Origin: an uncultured Bacteroidota bacterium
GTDB lineage: Bacteria > Bacteroidota > Ignavibacteria > Kryptoniales > JAKASW01
Assembly: GCA_963703365.1 (NCBI GenBank)
Contig: OY969815.1
Coordinates: 1,227,263-1,291,262 of the forward strand
Length of the DNA: 64,000 nucleotides
Direction: 5' to 3'
Shown here: piece by piece, positions 57,204 through 64,000 of the stretch
How the letters are laid out: the number at the start of each line of letters is the position of its first letter
How positions within the stretch are numbered: position 1 is the stretch's first letter
Made by a program: the position numbers and the translations under genes
Notes under the pieces: generated by a model
Told to the model about the DNA's origin: nothing
The model's database searches: none
The model's input: the letters and a program-made list of their open reading frames with translations, nothing else

Positions 57204-57917
57204 ATGAAAAAACTTCGTAACGATTTCAAAAAACTCTTTGTCAATTGGGGAAAGTATTACGCTCTTCCGGCTCATTGGAAGAAAACACAATGGCTTTTGT
57301 TTGTTGGCTTTCTTTTTACAGTAGTTGTATCGTCATGTTTCGATGAGCCGATTCGATATTTATTCCTTTCGATTCACAGTCCGGCGGCGGATGCGGTATT
57401 CAAGTTCGCGCATTGGTTCGGTACAGGCTATCCGACGCTATATATATTCCTCGGTCTTTATGTCGGCGGCTTAGCGTTTAGTTCTGAAAAGACCCGGCTT
57501 GGAGGGCTGATGTTATTACAGTCGTATCTGTATTCGGGTGCAATCACTAATTCTCTGAAATCAATTATTGGAAGGTGGAGACCGTCGGCAGGACATGGGC
57601 ACTTAACTTTCACGCCGATGACAACCACTCCAAACGCCCATCTTTCGTTCCCATCGGGCGATGTGGCAGTCGTATTCTCCCTCGCGATCGTCATGGCTGG
57701 ACTGTGCCAGCCGAAGGCTGATGCGCCTTTGGCGCAGAAGACTATTATATGGATCTGGAAAGCTCTGTGGATTATTCTCGCCGTGCTGACGTCGCTATCG
57801 AGAATTTATTACGATGCGCATTGGTTTTCGGATGTTGTATTCTCAACGGTGAACGCGGTTGTGGCAGGGTTGTGGGTTGTGAAGAAATATAAAAGTGAAA
57901 CTGGAATAGTGGGGTAA
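57204..57917 (+). CDS. PAP2-family phosphatase
   Basis: K-x6-RP, SFPSG(D), SRIY-x-x-x-HW-x-SD. Confidence 0.85.
   Translation: MKKLRNDFKKLFVNWGKYYALPAHWKKTQWLLFVGFLFTVVVSSCFDEPIRYLFLSIHSPAADAVFKFAHWFGTGYPTLYIFLGLYVGGLAFSSEKTRLGGLMLLQSYLYSGAITNSLKSIIGRWRPSAGHGHLTFTPMTTTPNAHLSFPSGDVAVVFSLAIVMAGLCQPKADAPLAQKTIIWIWKALWIILAVLTSLSRIYYDAHWFSDVVFSTVNAVVAGLWVVKKYKSETGIVG
57707..57736 (+). repeat. 30-bp twin-hairpin element, in frame in the PAP2 gene (QPKADAPLAQ)
   Basis: CCAGCC-GAA-GGCTGA + TGCGCC-TTT-GGCGCA. Confidence 0.88.
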
Positions 57918-57971
57918 GAATCCACCGTTTCCATCCATGGTGTGACGGGCGGCACACAGCGCCCACCAAAG

Positions 57972-58000
57972 TTGACAATCATAGAGAAATAATTTATATT
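57972..58000 (+). promoter_or_regulatory. sigma70-like promoter
   Basis: TTGACA-N17-TATATT. Confidence 0.7.
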
Positions 58001-58118
58001 CCTCCACAACGATCGTCGATGACCACCGCTGTTCATTGCTCATGCCGTCAGCGGCACGAAATCTAAGGCATTCATTCAAAACGGCATCATGAACTCATTG
58101 TAAAAGGAGGATTTCGTT

Positions 58119-59186
58119 ATGCGAAAAATTACCTACGTCTCAACATTTCTTTTCATCTTCAGCGTTGCTCAAGCCTCGGCCAAGGTTTGGGTAGTCAACG
58201 CGAATGGCACGGGGAATTTCACCACTCTTACCGCAGCGATCGACTCCGCAGCGAGCGGTGATACACTTTTTGTGGCGCCGGGAGGGTATGTGGAGTCACC
58301 ATCTGCAACGAGCAAGACGTTGACGGTATTGGGTATCGGGTTTAGCTCGGATTCAGCGACTACATGGAGCATAATATTGAATTCCCCACTCGCTCTCGGT
58401 GCCGGTTCAGTTGTCTCAGGCCTTGAGTTGCGCGGGATTGCGAACCCGGCCATGATAAACGTCAACTCCCCAAATACAGTGGTAGAAAAGTGCCATATAG
58501 CAGCAAACGGCCATGATGGCATTGACGTCGCTGCGGATTCATGTGTTGTTCGGCAAAATGTCTTTGAAAATATCCTTCCAACCACCGCTAATGGAGTGAC
58601 TGTAACAGGGTCGCATCTGGGCATAACGATTCTCAACAATGCAATATCCAATTTTAACAATGGGATCATGCTCAATAACGGCGGTGATGAAATAGTCGCG
58701 AATAATGCCATTTTTTTTGCCTACAATGCTGCAGTCAGCTTTGGGAGCGGCACATTCGCTGGAAAAATTTTTAGCAACATTTTCGATGAAGACAACCTAG
58801 CAATTGCGGCAACGAGCCCGCCCTACTATTGTGGTTACAACGATTACTGGCAAGATCCATATGGAGGCACTCCATCCTTTGACGTCGGTTCCATCTCGAG
58901 TAACCCGGAGTTTGTCAATTATTCAAGCACCACTGGTTATGTTTACGGTACCTCGAACCTTCATTTGGCCCCTGGTTCTCCCTGCATTGATGCCGGAGAG
59001 CTCAATGTCGGAAACAACGACCGCGACGGCTCGCGGAACGATATGGGGATTTATGGCGGTCCGGGAATGTTTGATGATACTGGCACACCTATCTATCCTT
59101 GCGTCATCACCGTTGTCGTTTCTCCTTATGCAGCCCCGCTCAACGGGACAATCACTATCAAAGTACTTGGGAGGATAGGGCAATGA
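58119..59186 (+). CDS. Secreted right-handed beta-helix protein
   Basis: Signal peptide; F-x-TL-x-x-AID-x-A-x-x-GDT; L-x-x-GSPCIDAG; D-x-DGSRNDMG-x-YGGP. Confidence 0.8.
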   Translation: MRKITYVSTFLFIFSVAQASAKVWVVNANGTGNFTTLTAAIDSAASGDTLFVAPGGYVESPSATSKTLTVLGIGFSSDSATTWSIILNSPLALGAGSVVSGLELRGIANPAMINVNSPNTVVEKCHIAANGHDGIDVAADSCVVRQNVFENILPTTANGVTVTGSHLGITILNNAISNFNNGIMLNNGGDEIVANNAIFFAYNAAVSFGSGTFAGKIFSNIFDEDNLAIAATSPPYYCGYNDYWQDPYGGTPSFDVGSISSNPEFVNYSSTTGYVYGTSNLHLAPGSPCIDAGELNVGNNDRDGSRNDMGIYGGPGMFDDTGTPIYPCVITVVVSPYAAPLNGTITIKVLGRIGQ

Positions 59187-60244
59187 TTTCTTCAATCAGA
59201 AAACGGTCATCGCATCTCTCACTCTTGCCGTTCCTGATTCTCTTGTTTTTCTCTGTGGCAGCGAATGCACAGAACTCTGTCGTGAATGCCGAGTACTTCT
59301 TCGACAAAGATCCCGGCCCAGGATCAGGGTTCGGACTCACACTCGCATCGAACACGACCATCAGCGCAAGTCAGTTAGCCTCTGTTTCCAGCTTGAGTCC
59401 GGGTAGACACGTTGTCTATGTCAGATTGAAAAGTCAAGAAGGGAATTGGGGTTCACCTGTCGGCTATAAATTCCTGGTAACCGATTCAATCGGTCACCCA
59501 TTTATAAAACAGGCGGAATATTTCTTAGATCGGGATCCCGGTCAGGGGAAAGGGAATTTCCTTCCCGTCCCTGGCTCCCTTTCCTTCCAGAACATAACGA
59601 CAACCGCCTCGACAGCCGGTTTCTCCGTCTCAAGCCATCGCTTATTCGTGCGTTTCCTAGATGACAGGGCTCGCTGGAGCGCAGCGATCGGTGTTTCGTT
59701 TTGCGTCGTAAGAACCACTTATATCGCTGGCGCAGAATTTTTTATCGATTCGCTTGGTCTGCCCGGGACAGGGAGAGCGATGAGTGCTCTGGACTCGGTT
59801 TTTAACAGTCCTTCTGAATATGCCGTGGCACAGGTTGACACATCTAACGTTCACGCGGGGTATCATACAGTATTTGTTCAAGTGCAAAGTTCAGACGGAC
59901 GTTGGAGCAGCATCGCAAAGGATTCTCTTTTCTTCAATAGGGCGCTGACAGTTGTCGAATCGGATTCAGTCGAAGTTCCCAAGAAATTCAACCTTTCGCA
60001 GAACTATCCGAACCCATTCAATCCATCGACCATAATTAGCTATGATGTTCCAAAGTTGTCTCATGTCACTCTCACCATCTATGACATTCTCGGAAGGCAA
60101 GTGGCAACTCTTGTGAACGAGGAGAAGCAACCTGGCAGTTACCAAATGACCTTTGATGGGTCATGGTTAGCAAGTGGAGTCTACTTCTATAGACTTCAAG
60201 CGGGAACTTACAGTAATACAAAGAAACTTTTGCTCCTGAAATGA
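59183..60244 (+). CDS. T9SS type-A sorting-domain protein with three AEYF-x-D-x-DPG repeats
   Basis: ATGA overlap with the upstream stop; signal peptide; LSQNYPNPFNPST…SGVYFY…KKLLLLK. Confidence 0.88.
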   Translation: MISSIRKRSSHLSLLPFLILLFFSVAANAQNSVVNAEYFFDKDPGPGSGFGLTLASNTTISASQLASVSSLSPGRHVVYVRLKSQEGNWGSPVGYKFLVTDSIGHPFIKQAEYFLDRDPGQGKGNFLPVPGSLSFQNITTTASTAGFSVSSHRLFVRFLDDRARWSAAIGVSFCVVRTTYIAGAEFFIDSLGLPGTGRAMSALDSVFNSPSEYAVAQVDTSNVHAGYHTVFVQVQSSDGRWSSIAKDSLFFNRALTVVESDSVEVPKKFNLSQNYPNPFNPSTIISYDVPKLSHVTLTIYDILGRQVATLVNEEKQPGSYQMTFDGSWLASGVYFYRLQAGTYSNTKKLLLLK

Positions 60245-60307
60245 ATGGGCAACCGCAACTAATTGGCGAAACGACGGCAATTGAAACGTCGTCGATTTCG
60301 CCAAGCC

Positions 60308-62683
60308 TTATTCTTTCATCCGCGCTAAATCTTCCCGCCGCCGTCGCCATGTTACAATAAATCCGATGATCATAACAATCACGCCTGACCACACCAAATT
60401 AATAAACGGCTTTATCGTGGCTTCAAGAACCAAAACTTGTTTCTTCTCCTGTGGTTGGGAAGCGTGCATCAAGAGTGAGGCGTCCGGTGAATTCTTCGAC
60501 GGCAAGTAACCTATCATGACCGATGCTTCCTTCGTCTTGTCATCGACATGCATATCCGTGATCGTAAACTGATCGCCGGATTTCGTGGTCACCGTGTTGA
60601 GTTGACCTTGTCCGCCGGGGCTGATCTTGTTTGTCGGTGTAATCTCCTCGACCTTGCCATCTGTTGTCGCTAAATCTATTGTCGAGCCAAGTTCAAATGC
60701 CTGTCCTGCTACCATGGCTTGCTGCTGATCGTCGGCAACATGAAATCCTTTGAATGTCAATGTATATCTACCCAATTTCACCGGGCCGTTTAGATTTAGT
60801 GGTACAGAAATTCCGTACTGGCTTACCTGCGGTTCATTTCCGCCTTCTTCTTCGAGCGCCTGCGGCGATAGGTATAGATCGCGAGTTAACATATTTTTTC
60901 CTATGAACCCCAATAATGCAGGGTGGCTGAATATATCATAGTTGACGAGACTGAAGATGTAAGGATTGCGCATGATGGCGCCGCCGTTGTAAGAGCTTGC
61001 GTACATGACAAGAGGCGCGTTGAATTTGCTGCCGCCGTTGTCGACGGTGACATTATAAGCTGTCTTCTCCTCATCGAGCTGCGAAGTTCCAACATACGTT
61101 AGCTTGTATCCGAATGCATCTGCAGATCCGCCGAGCGGCAGGGAAAGGGTAACATGTTTGTCGTAGCGCGCCGACGCAATTATCCCGATGAATAATAACG
61201 ATACGCCGATGTGTGCGAGCGACGAGCCCATAAATTTCGGGTTACCTTTTGCGATCTTGTACGCGATTTGAAGGTTCACAAAGAAGGCGAACGAACTGGC
61301 CAAAAAGAACAATATCATCGCTGGATCATACATTCCGGCGAATGCAACGATTGCTGTCAAGATGGCAGCTCCGGAAAGGGGAACCCGTATCGTCTTTAGC
61401 AAAGTTTGTGAATTAGATTTTTTCCACCAAAAGAGCTGTCCTAATCCTATCATGGCAGCCATCAAAATTGCCAACGGAAGATTTGTTTTAACATAATAGC
61501 TCGTGTCAATCGCACTGGCTTGTCCCTTCAAAATATTAGAGATAAGCGGCGCGCTCGTGCCAATCAAAGTGAATCCTGCTACGACCACCAACGATGCGGC
61601 TCCGAGAAAGAGCGCAAACTCCCGTGAAGTTAGTGTGTAATTTATTTTTTGTTTGGGAATGTCTTTCACACGAATGAAATATAAAGTCAATCCGAGAATT
61701 ACGAAGAATCCAATCAACGCGACGAGAAGTATATAAACCCACATGCCCGGCGTTTCGAAACTATGAACCGAAGTATCGCCGAGAACCCCGCTTCGTGTGA
61801 GAAAAGTGCTATAAAGGACTAAAAGAAATGGGAGCATTCCCATTATGAAATTCGCTCTCAAGAATCCTCCGGTACGCCGCTGTACCAGTAAAGTATGAAC
61901 GGATGCCACTGCGACAAGCCAAGGAATGAATGAAGAGTTTTCGACCGGATCCCATCCCCAGAAGCCGCCCCAGCCTAATGTTTCATAAGCCCAAAAACCG
62001 CCAAGCGTAATCCCAAATCCGAGAATCGCCGATGTGAAAAGTGTCCATGGTACAGCAACGTTAGTCCAGTTTTTGTAGTCTTTTCTCAGAAGCCCCGATA
62101 TCGCATGCGCAAATGGAACGGCAGTTGAAGCGAAGCCGAGAAATAATATCGGTGGATGAATTACGATCCAAAAATTTTGCAAGAGTGGATTTAATCCTCT
62201 TCCGTCATCCGGGATAAAGCCTGCTTGAGCGTTCTGCGGCCATGTTTGCCAGACATGCTCGAAAGGATTTTTTAAAACCGCGAGCATGATTAAGAATGAA
62301 GCTATTGCGGAATAAATTCCCATGACGGAGGATTCGTAATAATGTTTTCGTGAATAGTTCATCAAAATCAATCCGATGATGCAAGTGTACATCGTCCACA
62401 GCATGAAGCTTCCTTCTTGTCCGACGTAGAAAGTCGAAACCAAAAGTGCGGAAGGAAGTTGGAGAGAGCTGTAGTCCCAGACATAAGTATATTGGAATTG
62501 ATGGGTGAGGAGCAGGTTCATGAAATAACCCGCGGTGAGTATGATGGATGTTGCGCCTACGTGATATCCGATGCGCGCAATTTTTAGGAACTTCTCATCC
62601 TTGTTGAAGAAACTATATGTATATGAAAATGCGGCAGTCAGCATTCCGCCGAACGCTGCGAATGTAAATAAACGGCCAATCAT
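60308..62683 (-). CDS. ccmF: Cytochrome c biogenesis heme lyase CcmF
   Basis: GQEGS, G-x-GLNPLLQN, IHPP, WAYETLGWGGFWGWDPVEN, TRSG…SVHSF. Confidence 0.95.
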   Translation of the reverse strand: MIGRLFTFAAFGGMLTAAFSYTYSFFNKDEKFLKIARIGYHVGATSIILTAGYFMNLLLTHQFQYTYVWDYSSLQLPSALLVSTFYVGQEGSFMLWTMYTCIIGLILMNYSRKHYYESSVMGIYSAIASFLIMLAVLKNPFEHVWQTWPQNAQAGFIPDDGRGLNPLLQNFWIVIHPPILFLGFASTAVPFAHAISGLLRKDYKNWTNVAVPWTLFTSAILGFGITLGGFWAYETLGWGGFWGWDPVENSSFIPWLVAVASVHTLLVQRRTGGFLRANFIMGMLPFLLVLYSTFLTRSGVLGDTSVHSFETPGMWVYILLVALIGFFVILGLTLYFIRVKDIPKQKINYTLTSREFALFLGAASLVVVAGFTLIGTSAPLISNILKGQASAIDTSYYVKTNLPLAILMAAMIGLGQLFWWKKSNSQTLLKTIRVPLSGAAILTAIVAFAGMYDPAMILFFLASSFAFFVNLQIAYKIAKGNPKFMGSSLAHIGVSLLFIGIIASARYDKHVTLSLPLGGSADAFGYKLTYVGTSQLDEEKTAYNVTVDNGGSKFNAPLVMYASSYNGGAIMRNPYIFSLVNYDIFSHPALLGFIGKNMLTRDLYLSPQALEEEGGNEPQVSQYGISVPLNLNGPVKLGRYTLTFKGFHVADDQQQAMVAGQAFELGSTIDLATTDGKVEEITPTNKISPGGQGQLNTVTTKSGDQFTITDMHVDDKTKEASVMIGYLPSKNSPDASLLMHASQPQEKKQVLVLEATIKPFINLVWSGVIVMIIGFIVTWRRRREDLARMKE

Positions 62684-62775
62684 AATCTTATCTCAATTAA
62701 TTTATGGTACAGTGAAACGGCGGCACTGTTCGGCCTTAAAAATAAAAGGACGATACCCTGCCTACTTTTCACCGC

Positions 62776-63189
62776 TCAGTAGTTTGCGCTGCTTGTTGTG
62801 GTTTGCGCTGAAGCTTGAGGTCCTGTTTTCGACTGGTATTTGGAAGGACACTTTGTCAAAACATCGCTGGCATAGAACACACCATTTTCATATTTGCCTT
62901 TTGCTACAATGTCGTTTGCAATTTCAAAATTGTTCGGCTTCGCTCCTGCAAGAACAACAGGTAGAATAGTTTTGTTGTCATCGCTCATGAAGAAATGAAA
63001 TGTGTTCGTATGTGGATCATAGAAACTTTGCATGTTTTTCACCCAGACGCCTTTCACTTGAACAGTCCGGTGTGTTTGCTCCGCAGCTTTTGCGGTCACA
63101 TATTCAATATTGTTTTGCATGAATGAAATTGCGCCAAAGATGATAAAGGCTACAATCACAATGCCTGCAATTATATACTTCGCTTTCAC
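62776..63189 (-). CDS. ccmE: Heme chaperone CcmE (CxxxY variant)
   Basis: N-terminal TM helix; VLTKCPSKY. Confidence 0.92.
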   Translation of the reverse strand: MKAKYIIAGIVIVAFIIFGAISFMQNNIEYVTAKAAEQTHRTVQVKGVWVKNMQSFYDPHTNTFHFFMSDDNKTILPVVLAGAKPNNFEIANDIVAKGKYENGVFYASDVLTKCPSKYQSKTGPQASAQTTTSSANY

Positions 63190-63368
63190 TTTACGTTCTC
63201 CTTTTCAGATTCGTTCCCGCGAACAGGATCTTTGATTTTCTCACACAACCTATTAACCCTCTTATCTAACCTAAGTAAGTAGATAAAAATTCCCAGCCAA
63301 ATGACGAGAACAATTATCAAAACTACATAAAGTGAATGCGCATCAAGGAAATTATATAATGAATCCAT
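63186..63368 (-). CDS. ccmD: CcmD-family small membrane protein
   Basis: One TM helix, then YL-x-RLD-x-R; located between ccmC and ccmE. Confidence 0.8.
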   Translation of the reverse strand: MDSLYNFLDAHSLYVVLIIVLVIWLGIFIYLLRLDKRVNRLCEKIKDPVRGNESEKENVK

Positions 63369-64000
63369 TTATTCATTCTCCATGTGATTATTGTAAGCCA
63401 ACAGCCCGATTTTTGTTCTCAATTGAAATAACCAAATATATAGGACACTGAACCCGAGCAATGAAGCATAGAAAACATACCGCATATTCATATCCAAGTA
63501 CATTTTTCCGTTCGTATTCACTATAGGAGCTGCTGAAGCTCCGCCGCCTGGATGGAGACTAAACATTATTCGAGGCATAATGAATACAAAAAACGGAACG
63601 GTAACAAACGCAACAATCGAATACACAGCCGAAAGGGAAGCTCGCCGCTCTTCGGTTTCGAGTGCACTGCGAAGGGAAAAATAAGCGCCGTAAATCAGGA
63701 GCAACACAAAAATTGAGGTCTCTCTTGGATCCCAGTTCCAGAAGCTCCCCCAGTTGAACTTTGCCCAGATTGAGCCGGTGACTGTGGCCAGAACACTGAA
63801 GATGAAACCAAGCTCTGCAGCGGCGGCCGATTTGATGTCGAATTTAATTTCCTTCTTTCGCAGATAAGTGATGCCGTACCACATTGACATAAAAAACGCA
63901 AGCACAGCAAGCCATGACATCGGCACGTGGAAAAATATTATACGCGCTTTGGAGCCGAGTCCAGGTATGTCGCCTATCGGCATTGCAATTCCGAATGCGA
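63369..64000 (-). CDS. ccmC: Heme exporter CcmC (5' end outside the window)
   Basis: IFFHVP, TGSIWAK-x-x-WG-x-x-W-x-WDPR, SLHP. Confidence 0.93.
   Translation of the reverse strand, partial: AFGIAMPIGDIPGLGSKARIIFFHVPMSWLAVLAFFMSMWYGITYLRKKEIKFDIKSAAAAELGFIFSVLATVTGSIWAKFNWGSFWNWDPRETSIFVLLLIYGAYFSLRSALETEERRASLSAVYSIVAFVTVPFFVFIMPRIMFSLHPGGGASAAPIVNTNGKMYLDMNMRYVFYASLLGFSVLYIWLFQLRTKIGLLAYNNHMENE

Noticed and set aside
3396-63910. Numerous short antisense or alternate-frame ORFs in the ORF track (also 30231-30419, 51791-52060 and the 52090 extension)
   Set aside because: They overlap well-supported genes, repeats or terminators and lack RBSs and recognisable motifs

Overview
Bacterial chromosomal window, most likely from an Ignavibacteria/Kryptonia-like member of the Bacteroidota-Chlorobi-Ignavibacteria group. 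This assignment is inferred from an LSQNYPNPFNPST-type T9SS sorting domain, a short RpoD lacking region 1.1, bshB1 and a CxxxY-type CcmE. The left part (1-30 kb) is accessory. It holds the tail of an integron cassette array (five full-length attC sites and one truncated, no integrase in view), a prolyl oligopeptidase, and an expanded potassium-pump locus. That locus runs porin, degenerate PII, porin, small peptide, kdpF-kdpA1-kdpB-long kdpC, then a second kdpA with Asp substitutions in two selectivity-filter motifs, and it has two matching KdpE-box-like operators. Further along are a multi-PAS hybrid kinase, a sugar-utilisation cluster, tRNA-Arg(ACG) and an AT-rich orphan gene. The right part (30-64 kb) is mostly core: TPR/OMP/SPOR/TonB, nth, pta, kdsA-kdsC-kdsD-lptCAB, bshB1, rpoD, cspA, pspC, tricorn protease, PAP2, a T9SS pair and ccmCDEF. 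The two most striking signals are the dual-KdpA/pseudo-PII K+ locus and a 30-bp twin-hairpin element with compensatory base changes that sits in frame inside three different genes (four coding copies). All product calls come from motif recognition by eye; no database searches were run.
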